Assembly (NCBI RefSeq): GCF_032191835.1
Contig: NC_083239.1
Span: 56,792,001-56,856,000, forward strand
Length of the DNA: 64,000 nt
Direction: 5' to 3'
Source: Heteronotia binoei
Taxonomy: Eukaryota
The notes beneath the pieces were generated by a model that was given only the letters and a program-made list of their open reading frames with translations, did no database searches and was not told where the DNA came from. Of the stretch, positions 36,351-47,879 are shown piece after piece (within the stretch, counting starts at the first letter, position 1; every line of letters starts with the position of its first letter). The translations under genes and the position numbers were made by a program.

Positions 36351-38613
36351 AGGTGACGCCATCTGCCTCGCTGGAGGAGAGGGGAGCATCTGGCTGAGGG
36401 GGGCGGGGGGCACGAATGGTGCTGCCTGGAAGTCTCGTCGGCTCCCTCCCCCCCCCCTGTCAATTCTTTCCCCTGGCAGCCAGGAGCGGATGCCCCAGAC
36501 CCCCGCCCCCTTCCAGCGAACACCGGTCTGTGTACAGGGGGGGGGGCTCCTTCCCGTTCCAGCAGCTGGCCCTGGCAGCCAGCTAATGGGTTTGGGGGGG
36601 GGCCTTGCAAGGAGGCCAGGAATCCCTTCCCCCATCCCCCCCCCCCGTTTCTTCTGGACAGATCTTCCCCTCCCCCTCCCCCCGTTGTCCTTCTCACTAC
36701 TTTCCTCTTTGGCGGGGCAGGATTCAGGAGCTCCCAAGGCGCCCATGCCACAGCAAAAGCCCTGGGCCCCTGCCCCTGCGGGGGGGGGGGGCAGCTGGAG
36801 GCCAGATCCTCAGGGCTCGGCCTGCTTTTGCCCCCTAAGTGCGGGGAGGGGGGGCTGCCAGCTCACCCCAAAGAGGTGTGGAGGGCGGCTGGGAGCCTCC
36901 TCTCTCTGCCAAGAGCCAGCCTTGGGCGGAGGGTGCTTTCTAGAGGGGGGCAGCGTCAAGAGAGGGAGTGGGTGCAGGCGGCCCCCTTTGCAGCTGTGCC
37001 TCCTCTCTGGCCCGCTTCCCCCTCCCTCTCCCCCCAGAACAGATTCCTGAAGCCAGGGCGCCTCAACCCTGCCATGAAAGGAAAGGGCCGCTCTCTGCAG
37101 CCTCTCTCGCATCCGGTCCCGGGGGAGCCGACTGGGCCTGAGAGGAAGCCCACAGATGTGCTTGCAGAGCTTGGCTTGGGCTACATTATGGCCCCAATTC
37201 CCCCCTCCCCTCTTCGAGAAGCAGCAGCCTCAGGACTGGGAATGCTGGCAGACACCTCCCACCAGTGCAGAAGGGGGCAGCCCTGCATCCCCCACCCCCT
37301 TGGGAAGCAGTCAGGAGACGGATCTTCCTCCCCCTTGGATGAGCGCCTGCAGAAGGTCCCCAGCAGCGTTTTGCCACAGCCAGGCTGCCTTTGGTGGCCT
37401 CTCCGAGGCGGCTTCCAGGGTGCTCAAGAGGAGACACAGCTGCTCCCGGGCCCTGCCCCCTCTGGCTGGGGGAGCCGGGGGGGGGGGGAGTTAGTAGCAG
37501 CGGCTGGTAGGGACCCAGAAGGGGAGAGGGCACCAGGCTTTCCCGCTGCTAGGTAATTGCCCGGGGCACCAAACTGGGAGCTCCCCATGTGACTCAGTGT
37601 GAGGGGGGGTCCGAAGGTAGCCTTGCCTGGGGGGCCAGAGCGTCTGGGGCCGGCCGTGGCCTCTCTCCTGCACACACCTTCCCCTGAGCACAGAGATGGG
37701 GGGGGGGCGGGGGGGCATGCCTTCCCTCCAGAGAGCCAGCGTGGAGTCATGGTTAAGAGCGCCCACTTTAACCTGGGAGAAGCGGGTTTGAGTCCCCTCT
37801 CCTCCTCCACCTGCAGCCAGCTGGGTGACCACAGCTCTCTCAGAGCTCCCTCAGCCCCACCTGCCCCCCGGGGGAAGGAGACTGGGGGCCACTCTGCGTG
37901 AAGGGCAGGGTCTGCCTCCAAACCTCCTGTCTCCTGGCGCCCCCCTGCTCTTGAAGGAAGGGGCCGGCCAGCCTGACGAACTTTGACTGCTCTTGTTGCA
38001 GGAAGCCGAGATGCCTGAGGAGGTGAACATTGACGATCTTCTGGAGATGGGCACGGATGCGGAGAGGGCCGCCAGGCTGCAGGTGAGGCGGGCAGGCCTT
38101 TGCCTCTCCTCAGGCAACCTGGGTGGGGAGATTTGCTGTTGGGACGATCTCTCATTCTTGTCTCCTCCTAGGGCCTCTTGGAGTCGTGCGGCGATGCAGA
38201 GGTGGGTGTCTGTGCAGGGAGGGGGAGGATGGCTGCTCCCCCCTTTCTGCTCTGCCCTCTCCTTGCCCCCCACAGGTCCAGGAGTAGGGCAGGAGCTGCC
38301 TGGAGGGGGGGCCTTCCTCTCCCAGTTGGCTCTTCCAGAGTGAGTCTGGCTCTGGCTGGCAGCTGGTGAAGGCCAACACGCCTTGGGGACATGGGGAGTC
38401 CCACTGGCCTCCCCTCAGTGGCTGCCCCGTTGGCCGTCCTTGGGGAGGGGGGCAGAGCGGGCTAGACATGCTTTTTCTCCCCCACCCCAGGGCTTCATCC
38501 AGGAGCTGCTTGAGAAGTTGCGTGGCCTCCGGACAGAGCACGTCCTCCGGCGGACAACCAGCCCAGACAGCCTGGAAACCTCCCGCGGGCGGGGCCCGGA
38601 GAGCGGGGAGTAG
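35874..38613 (+). CDS. PPP1R14A: Protein phosphatase 1 regulatory subunit 14A (CPI-17)
   Basis: Exons 35874-36092, 38002-38082, 38172-38201 and 38491-38613. Peptides MAANRVGRR..QRRQARVTVKYDRRELQRRLDTEKWIDGRLEDLYRGR|EAEMPEEVNIDDLL..|GLLESCGDAE|GFIQELLEKL. The PKC-site Thr (RVTVKY) is codon 36003-36005. Confidence 0.95.
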
Positions 38614-38834
38614 GCAAGGGGTGCAGGAGCTCTGGGAAGAGAAGCTGCTGCAGAACGTGGGGAGGGAGGGGGGGAGCCAGCTCAAGGTGCAAGGAGGCAG
38701 CCCCCGGCTGGCCCCTGCCCCAAACGCATCCCTGCCCCCGGAGTCTGATGTCCCGCAGCCCTCCCAAGCCTGCTACTCCTTTTGTATAAAACTCTGTATA
38801 GTAAGATGTGGTCTTTGTGCTGCTTTTACCCTGT

Positions 38835-38840
38835 AATAAA
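38835..38840 (+). terminator. PPP1R14A polyadenylation signal AATAAA
   Basis: AATAAA about 220 nt after the stop codon, preceded by a UGUA-rich region. Confidence 0.75.
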
Positions 38841-39139
38841 ATTGCTCAGTCTTTGCTCCTGCGGGCTCAGCTGTGTGTGTGTGGGGGGGGGGGGGATGGC
38901 GGCACGTGGAGGTTGACTTGCCCCCCCCCCCCATCTCATTGTAGGCTCCCCGGGTGTTTCTTTGGGCTGCCTGGAGGCTGCTGTTGCCTCTGGGTAAACG
39001 AGGGCCCCCCCTGCAGCCCAGCTCTGCTTCTCCACAAGGTCCTGTGCTCCCGGCTCCCCCCTCCGGCCAGTCCAAGAGGAGGGCTTGCTGACCCTTGCCC
39101 TCCAGGAAGATTCTTCACCCCCACCCCAGCTGTGGCCTT

Positions 39140-39830
39140 CTGCTGGCTGGGGCAGTGATGCTCTGTATTCTGGGTGTTTGGGGGGGCACAGTGGGAGGCT
39201 TCTGTGTGACACAGAGTGTTGGACTGGAGGGACCAATGCCCTGATCCAACATGGCTTCTCTTATGTCTGGGGCAGTGATGCTCTGTATTATTGGTGCTCA
39301 GGAGGGGCAACAGTGGGAGGGCTTCTAGTGTCCTGGCCCCACTGATGGATGGACCTCCTGATGGCACCTGGTCTTTTTGGCCACTGTGTCTGTGTGACAG
39401 TGTTGGACTGGATGAGCCATTGGCCTGATCCAACAGGGCTTCTCTTATGTTCTTATGTCTGGGGCAGTGATGCTCTGTATTCTTGGTGCTTGTGGGGGGC
39501 ACAGTGGGAGGCTTCTAGTGTCCTGGCCCCACTGGTGGATGGACCTCCTGATAGCCCCTGGGTTTTGACCACTGTGTGACACAGAGTGTTGGACTGGAGG
39601 GGCCATTGCCCTGATCCAACATGGCTTCTCTTATGTCTGGGGCAGCGATGCTCTGTATTATTGGTGCTCAGGAGGGGCAACAGTGGGAGGGCTTCTAGTG
39701 TCCTGGCCCCACTGATGGATGGACCTCCTGATGGCACCTGGTCTTTTTGGCCACTGTGTCTGTGTGACAGAGTGTTGGACTGGATGGGCCACTGGCCTGA
39801 TCCAAGCGGGCTTCTCTGGTGTTCTGATGG
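39140..39830 (+). repeat. Tandem array of four 120-190 bp units ending in CR1 3' tails
   Basis: GGGGCAG(T/C)GATGCTCTGTATT starts at about 39150, 39270, 39460 and 39640. Units end in GTTGGACTGGA..CCTGATCCAAC..CTTCTCTTATG, the reverse complement of the CR1 tail at 45258. Confidence 0.85.
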
Positions 39831-40949
39831 CTTCCCTCCCTCTCCCAAGGGATCAGGCTGCCTGCTCTGGAGGGGGCGCTGGGTGTAGCTGTGCCCCCCC
39901 CTTGGAAAAAGCAGGTGGACTCTCTTCCTTCCTGGCCACAGCAGCTCCCAAAGGGGAGAGTGGCCAACCTGCCAGGGCCCCACCTCTTAGCTGGGGGGCC
40001 AGCGCAGAACCCCTTGCCGTGTCCCCCCCTGCCCCTCCCCGTGACTGGTGGCTGGGCCACACATGGCAGCCTGCTGGGAAGGGAAGGGGGGGGCTGCCCT
40101 CCCTCTGGACCTTGTTTACAGGGTGCAATAAACAGCTGCACAAAGCTGTTTCTCTCATTTGATGGGGTTTGTATCCTGCCTTTCCCATAAGCTGGCTCAG
40201 GGCGCGGAGGGCGGGGGGGGGGGAGTACAACACAGCAGCTTCCCTGTAGGCCCTCTAGGGAGGCCTCTTCCGGGATACTTCATCCGAGTGGGGGGGGAGC
40301 ATGTGCAAGGTCCCCCCCTCTCCGTGGCCCTGGGATCTAAGCGGGAGTGGGGGGGGGTCTTTCACTTGAGTCTTTTGCCACAATCCCTGGCCGGCCCCCT
40401 CAGTCCAGAATGCAGTTGGGCAGGAGTCCCCGTCCCCCCCCCCCCCACCGCCCTGCCTCTAGGACCCCCAAAGCAGCCCGGGTGTGGAGAGCAGCAGCCG
40501 TGGCCTGTGGAAGCAGAGGGGTCCTTTTGCAGATCACCCTTGCGGGCAGTGCAGCCCCAGCCCCCTCCCTGCCCCCCCTCCATTGTGACAGGGAGCCTTT
40601 CAGTCCCGCCTCTTCTCCCCCCCCCCCGCACACCCCTTGTCTTGCTTCCCATCAAGGAGGGCTTTGTTTGGCCTCGCCAACCTGTGCCAGTCTCTGCCGG
40701 GCCCCTGGTGCATCTGCATCCCCCCCAAGGTGGAGGGCACCAGAAAGCGGAAGGCCCCCTCCCCTGCCCGCCAAGGATGTCAACACCGTCTGCCCGCCTG
40801 CCTCCCTCCCCGAGGGGGTGTCTGCGTGTGGGGGGGGGACAGGCCACCCTCTTCCCTCGGAGGGCTCCTGCCCTTATTTGGGAAAAGGCAGCGCCGCTGG
40901 GCAGGCGGGGGGAGGGGGCAACGGAGGCTGCAGGGGGGGTGGGGTGAAG

Positions 40950-42300
40950 AGGCTACCCAGGCGCGGGGGGGGGGGCGCTTCTCTCGCAGGGCTCCCTCCC
41001 CTCCCTCCCTCCCTCCCGGGCGGAGCCAGTGCTGTTTGCATCTCGTTGCGGGCTGAGTCACCCGCCGGGTCCAGCCAGAGCCCACCCCGGGGAGGGGCCT
41101 GGGAGCAGGAGGGCTCTCTGGAAGGGCGGAGCTTCGAGCGGCGGCTGGGCCAGTCCTTGCCGGGGCGCGTTGAGCCGGGGGCTGGACTAGATGGCCTCGA
41201 CGGCCCCTTCCCCCTCTGGGAATCCCGGCCACTCGGCGGGGGGGGGGCGCAAGTGCCCCTCTTCCTCTGCCCCGCCGTGCGATGACCAGGAGGGGGGAGT
41301 CGCCTTGCCTGCGGGGGGGGGGCTGCCGCTCTGGTCCCTCGGATGCAGCGGCCTGCCTCGCTGGGGGGGGCGGGGGCTGATGAGGCCTGCAGGCGCCCGG
41401 GGCCCAGGAGGTGGGCGGGGTGGCAGTGCTGTCCGAGGTGGGCCCGGGGATCCCGCCAGGCTCAGCGACTCTCCGGGGGCGACTACAAGGGGGGGGGCAT
41501 TCCAGGGGAGAAGATGCGGGTGGACTCCGCCCGACCTCCTGACCTGGGGCGGGGGGCAAAGGAGGCTCTCGGCGGAGCTGCAGGCCGCCCCCCCCCCCCA
41601 AGGCTCTCGGGCCGCCCGAGGCGGGAGGAGAGCAGCTGCCGGCGAGGCCCCTCCCTCGGAAGCCTCTGTCCCTAGACGGCTCAGACGGGGGGGGGGGGGG
41701 TGCCGGGACTTTGGGCAGCCCGAGATGCCCGCTCTGCCAGCCCCCCCCGTGCCCGCCCCGGGGGCGGAGTCTGCTGCCTGCAAGCAAAGGGCACGTCCTG
41801 GTGCCTCCTGGGCATCGCAGGGGGTGGGGGTGGGAGTGGGGGGGTCCCTTCCTCTTCTCTTCGGGAACAAGCTGCTGATCCCCGGAACCGCCTCCGCTCC
41901 CTCCTGCCTGAGGCTCCCCCCTCCCCGGGAGGCTGCCTGCTTCCGGCCCGCCGGGAAAGTCCACCGGCTCAACCGCCTCCCAGGCTGCCTGCCTCCCCGC
42001 AATCCTTCCAAGATGCCCGGCCACGGCCACGGCCAGCTGGCTGCCCGCTCGCTCTGCTCCTGCCCGCACAGCTGCTGTGGGCTGGCCAGCCCCTTCTTCT
42101 CCCCCTCTGCTGGGGGCCCTGCTCCGGGCCTCCTCCTCTCCGGCCCCCCAGCAGCTCCAGAGCCAAGAGGGCAGGGATGCTGCTGCCAGAGGCGGGGCCG
42201 GGGAGGGACTGGGCGGAAAGAGCCCGCTGGCCGCCGGGGCTGAAGGAGCCTCCACAGTCAGGCCCCATAGAATGCACCCCACTCTTGGGGAGGGCACTCT
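40950..42300. promoter_or_regulatory. Orphan CpG island with no recognisable gene
   Basis: High CpG density, AP-1 TGAGTCA at about 41055, GC boxes and ETS-like TTCCGG. No assignable coding exon. Confidence 0.5.
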
Positions 42301-43704
42301 GTTGGGTGAGTTGGAGCCCTCCTTCAAACTGGTGGTGGCAGGAGGTGGGGACGGAGTTGCGCCATCAGGCTCCAAGGACCCCGAGCACTTGGCGGGGCTG
42401 TGGCGAAGAAGCAGGACGATGGTGTCCCCGCCTCACCCCTTGCCAGACAGAGAGGGAAGCAGCCAAATGGCTAGAAAGGATGGCAAGAAGACCTGAAGGA
42501 CTCCAGGATTTGGATCTGCAAATGTCTCAGCCGCGGAGCAGCTCTGGCCAGAGAGAAGCTTTTGACTGGGGAGGGACGAGCCAGGAAGGATTTCACTTTT
42601 GCACAGCGACTCCATCTTGCCCATGTCGAAACTGGGAAAAGTCCAAGTTGTGAGATCTAAAGGAATGCTGCTCCTTCAACATCTTCCTGAGCCTTCAAGG
42701 AAGACCAGCCTGCATTGTGACATTCATGCCAAACGTGTGTGTTTCTCGCACACTTCCCATGACTTTTGTAGAGAGTTCCGCAGCCAGTCAGGAGAAATAC
42801 GGGGTCTCTTTTTGACCGTCAAGAGCAGAATCAATTTTTTTAAAAAAAATTCTAGTGAAGTGCTAAGTATAACCTTTTAATCTTGTTGCAGAAAATTAAT
42901 AAGCTACATTCCAGCTCACTTGTGCAAGATCTTGTGCTTAGGGAACCAATCACTTATCCATAGAACCATCACCTGATAAAGGCGTCATGATTGATCTGAG
43001 TGTGGGCGGGGGAGTCACTTTGGCTGCAAGGGGTGTGGTGCAGCGCGCTTGTTTGAAGTCTGTTGGGGGGACTCTTAGGAAAAGGGTTTGGCTCTGGGCA
43101 TTTCACAGCAGCCCTAGAGGGTCAGTTGTGAGCTGATTCCTTTTGAACTTTGCATATTCAGTCCCCTTTGAAAGGTGTTGGCGTTCTCCAAGCAGTCTTT
43201 TCACGACTTGTAGGGTTAATTAGCATAAGTGCATTTTTAAAAAGTTTCTTTCCTAATAAAAAGATTATTTTTCAGTAAAAGTTTGGTTTTGCCGCAAGAA
43301 GTTCAACTGCTCAGAACCCTTGATAAAGATCCGTTCCCACTTGCCAAGTGTTCTCGCTTATCTGAAATGGATCCTGGGCCCACTTAGCTAAAGAAAATAT
43401 TTGTTACAAGCTAATTGGTTCAGATTTCTGAATAGAATATTACTCCTGCCCTATATAAATACAGTTTGGGGACCCAGTGTTGAGAAAGGAAACTTTTCTC
43501 CATCCCCTTGAGCAGCTTGAGCAGAACAAGAGTCTCGTTTTTTATCCACTGGTTCCATCAGAGGTGTCAAACGCATCTCTTAGGAGTGCCAGATCTGACA
43601 TAAATGTGACTTTGGCTGGCTGGCCTCGTGTGCCATAACACATAATGGCGGGTACCAGAGACACAGACTTTATCAAGGGGAACAGCTGGTAGGCTCAGAG
43701 TTGC

Positions 43705-43970
43705 AAGGAAGATTTTTGGATTTATATCCCGCCCTATACTCTGAATCTCAGAGCGGTCACAATCTCCTCTACCTTCCCCCCCCTCCCGCCACAATAAGCA
43801 CTCTGTGAAATAGGTGGGGCTAAGAGTGCTTTTACAGCAGCTGCCCTTTCAAGGACAACCTCTGCCAGAGCTATGGCTGACCCAAGGCCATCTCAGCAGC
43901 TGCAAGTGGAGGAGTGCGGAATCAAACCTGGTTCTCCCAGAGAAGAGTCCACGCACTCCACCACTACACC
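43705..43970 (-). mobile_element. tRNA-derived SINE copy
   Basis: Same family as 1357-1630 (GGATTTATATCCCGCCC tail to CACTACACCAAA head). Confidence 0.8.
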
Positions 43971-45257
43971 AAAGGCCCCATGGAGGCGGGGGGGGGGGGA
44001 GGCAGAGGAAAGAAACAGGAGAGCCGGTGGTGCAGGGCTGGGCAGATGTTTCCTGTGCTGCCTGGAGGGGGGGCAGCTCCTTCCCCGATCTGCTCCCACT
44101 GCGAATGCTCTGAGCCCCAAGGTAAAAACAAGAAGCAGGTGGCTGTTCCCACCTCCCCCCAAACAGCCATGGAAGGGGACTGAGAAGACAAGCTGAACTC
44201 CGCAGCCAGCCACAAAGCCGTGGGCATGGTGGGGCCAAGGCTACGTAAAACCTGGTAAGCTGGAGATGCCCCCAGCCCCCGCCCAGCATGTGGCAATGGC
44301 TGCCTCCAACCAAGGTCACTGGGCGATCCATAGCAGGGGGATGCTGGGAGTTCAAGGGGCGCCCCCCCCACCGCAGCCATTCCAGGCCGGAGGCCACTGG
44401 CTCATCCGACGGGGGAGGGGGCAGAGCACACACAAGGGCAGAGGCTCCAGCAACCAACAGAGCCAGAGATTGCTTCCCCCCCACCCCAAGGTGAAGGCCA
44501 CCAGGTGCTCCATGGGGGAGGGAGGCCCAGTCAGTGGATCACGTGCCCCGTGACAGAACGATCCCCCAGGGTGTGGAAGAAACTGCCAAAGAATGCCCCC
44601 CATGGACTGCAGTACGGGCCAGTAACAGGCTGCTGCAGAGGATCATCTGTCCCCCCCCCCAAGCACTGATGCCCACGGCCACCCGGGCAGCACCGCAGAG
44701 CTGCAGGCCGAGCAGAGAGGCCTGTGACCCCTCTGGGCGGGGGGTGGGGTGGCTGCAGTGGCTCCCAACTGACCAGGGAGGCTGCCTCTGAAGGGAAGGG
44801 CTGCAGCTACTCGCCCGCTGCAGGCGGGGCTCTTCCACTATCAGAGTGGCTCTGCCATCCCCCCCCCCAGCAACCTCCTGTTCCCTCCCCCACACCAGCT
44901 GCTGATGGGCCAGAGGGGGGGGGGTTGTTCCGTCCCCACCCTGGCCGAACATTTGGCACCCCTTGGTGAAACTGTCCTGTACTTGGGATGCTTTAAGCCT
45001 GACCTCTGGAAATGCATCACCCTAATTCAGCCTCACTCTCTGAAGGGTGGGGCCAGGACAGGCTGGCAGTGGGAAAGGGAAGTCAGGCTAAGGAGGCAGA
45101 GGCTGTGAGTGGCAGTGAGGGCATGGGGGGCAGACTCATGGAAGTGCTCTCAGAGCTTCTGGGGGCTGGGGTAGTTGTCCCCACCTCCCAAAGGGGGCAG
45201 CGGAAAGAGCTGCAGCCACTCCGTTTTCTGGTCTCTTGGCAACCCGGCCCAAAGCAG

Positions 45258-46408
45258 CATAAGAACATAAGAGAAGCCCTGTTGCATCAGGCCAATGGCC
45301 CATCCAGTCCAACACTCTGTGTCACACAGTGGCCAAAAAGAATTTATATATACACACACACTGTGGCTAATAGCCACTGATGGACCTCTGCTCCATATTT
45401 TTATCCAATCCCCTCTTAAAGCTGGCTATGCTTGTGGCCACCACCACCTCCTGTGGCAGTGAATTCCACATGTTAATCACCCTTTGGGTGAAGAAGGACT
45501 TCCTTTTATCCGTTTTAACCTGACTGCTCAGCAATTTAATTGAATGCCCACGAGTTCTTGTATTGTGAGAAAGGGAGAAAAGGACTTCTTTACTTTCTCC
45601 ATCCCATGCATTATTTTGTAAACCTCTATCATTTCACTCCGCAGGCGACGTTTCTCCAAGCTAAAGAGTCCCAAGCGTTTCAACCTTTCTTCATAGGGAA
45701 AGTGTTCCAACCTTTTAATCATTCTAGTTGCCCTTTTCTGGACTTTCTCCAATGCGACCAGAACTGCACACAGTACTCCAAATGAGACCGCACCATCGAT
45801 TTATACAGGGGCATTATGATACTGGCTGATTTGTTTTCAATTCCCTTCCTAATAATTCCCAGCATGGCGTTGGCCTTTTTATTGCAATCACACGCTGTCT
45901 TGACATTTTCAGTAAGTTATCTACCACGACCCCAAGATCTCTCTCTTGGTCAGTCTCTGCCAGTTCACACCCCATCAACTTGTATTTGCAGCTGGGATTC
46001 TTGGCCCCAATGTGCATTACTTTGCACTTGGACACATTGAACCGCATCTGCCATGTTGACGCCCACTCACCCAGCCTCAACAGATCCCTTTGGAGTTCCT
46101 CACAATCCTCTCTGGTTCTCACCACCCTGAACAATTTTGTGTCATCTGCAAACTTGGCCACTTCACTGCTCACTCCCAACTCTAAATCATTGATGAACAA
46201 GTTAAAAAGCATGGGACCCAGTACCGAGCCCTGCGGCACCCCACTGCTTACCGTCCTCCACTGCGAAGACTGCCCATTTATACTCACTCTCTGCTTCCTA
46301 TTACTCAGCCAGTTTTTGATCCACAAGAGGACCTGTCCTTTTACTCCATGACTCTCGAGCTTTCTAAGGAGCCTTTGATGAGGAACTTTATCAAAAGCTT
46401 TCTGGAAG
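45258..46408 (-). mobile_element. CR1 LINE, 5'-truncated, with RT domain and 3' UTR
   Basis: FQKAFDKVPH..GVPQGSVLGPMLFNLFINDL..KFADDTKL..WQMRFNVSKCKVMHIG, then [38 protein letters not shown], ending in an (TTCTTATG)-type tail. Confidence 0.95.
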
Positions 46409-46659
46409 TGCACCAATTCCTTCACATCTCCCTCAATCAGAAACAGCCCAGCCCCCACCTTGCGAGCTCTGCAGGCTCTGTGGCTCAGCTGCACCCAAGT
46501 AGGAAGAAACAACCACTGGATTCCTTGCCTACAAGGGCAAAAGACCAGAGCACCATCCGCAAGTTACTGCTAGAGGACCTCTGGTCTCTTCGACAGGAGA
46601 CCGCAGCTGGGGCCACTCCAGGAGCCTGCAATGCAGCATCTCCCTCAAACACCCTTCCC

Positions 46660-47622
46660 CCCACAGTTCCCTCTAAGCTGCACTATGGGGCATAGCATTT
46701 CAACAGGCCGCTCACAGGTTTCTGCTCTCTGCTCACAACTCCCATTGGATACAACAGAGGATAGGGGCACCTCCTTCTGAGGTCCATAGAACTGGACCCC
46801 CAGTACAATATTTTTGAAACTTGGGGAGGTTTTTTATGAGAGGCACCAGCAGCTATGCTGCAAATTTGGTGATTCCATGCAAAAAACAGCCCCTCCCCGT
46901 CTCAGATACTCCCAGACTAATTCTACATTATAGCCTATGGGGCCTATTGAATGTACTGGTCCCCATAGGCGACAATGGAGTAGGGGGAAAGGCAGGTTTT
47001 TTGCACATCCCTATTATGTTTTCCAGTATGACTTGTAATCTGCCTGGAGCCACAGGGAAAAGTGGAATATAAATATTTGAATACATAAGTAGTTTGGGCA
47101 GGTTGATAACACTGAAGCGACTTCCTGTCTGTTGGGTTAGGCAGGTTCTTGAGAGGCCTTGCTCCGCCTCTGTTCTACTTGACCTGGAATGCTGGCTGTC
47201 CTATTTCACTTTAAAAACCAACCAGCCCTACATCCAAAGAGGACTACAAGAGTCCCTCACCCCCCAAAAGGTGCATGTACGCTTTCCAAGGCTCAGCACA
47301 GGGCAGACCTTACAATACAGTGGACTGGGGTGAAGAGCCTTCTTCTCTGGAGGCCAGGTCTACCAATAGAGTGGCGGGGTGGGCAAAGCTGGACTAAATT
47401 CTGTTTTCTCTCATAATGCTTGAATTGATATTATAGTTCAAATATAATCCAAAATAATTTATTCTGAGTTTTTTTACAAGGCAATGGAAGCAATCTTCTA
47501 AAAGACGAATTTACTCGATAGTCAAATGCATACTTGCTCACAACTTTAATGCTACTAGCTTTTTTCACTCACGGGGTAGAATTTCTGTTCACAACACTGT
47601 GGAGCTCAGAGGGAACATTGGT
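46660..47622. mobile_element. hAT MITE of the 24812 family, split by about 770 bp of nested inserts
   Basis: Left end AGTTCCCTCTAAGCTG at about 46664. Right part GCTCACAACTTTAATGCT..GTAGAATTT.TGTTCACAA..CTCAGAGGGAACATTGG at 47535-47622 matches 24940-25005. Confidence 0.6.
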
Positions 47623-47879
47623 CCACACCTGGGCGTTTCCCAGACAGCAGAGAGTTACTTAATTTCCCCTGCCAAGTAGGACACCTTTCAGGAAAAAGCC
47701 CTGACAGAGAGAGAGAGTGCAGCTTTGAGACCAACACCATTTTATTCCAGGTATAAGCTTTTGAGTGCAAGCACGCTTCTTTGGAGGGACGGAGGGAGGG
47801 TGGATTTTTCTGCCAAGCTCAATGTACATTTTGGCTTAGTCTGAAATTTTTTTAAAAAATATTAGCTTTCTCTGTTCCT

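Noticed and set aside
42328-42370. BH3-like WQEVGTELRH (BBC3/PUMA, a human neighbour of ZC3H4)
   Set aside because: It lacks the invariant Asp of the BH3 motif and shows no other PUMA similarity.
42975-43005. C/D-box snoRNA (ATGATT...CTGA)
   Set aside because: The boxes are only a few nucleotides apart, with no terminal stem and no host intron.
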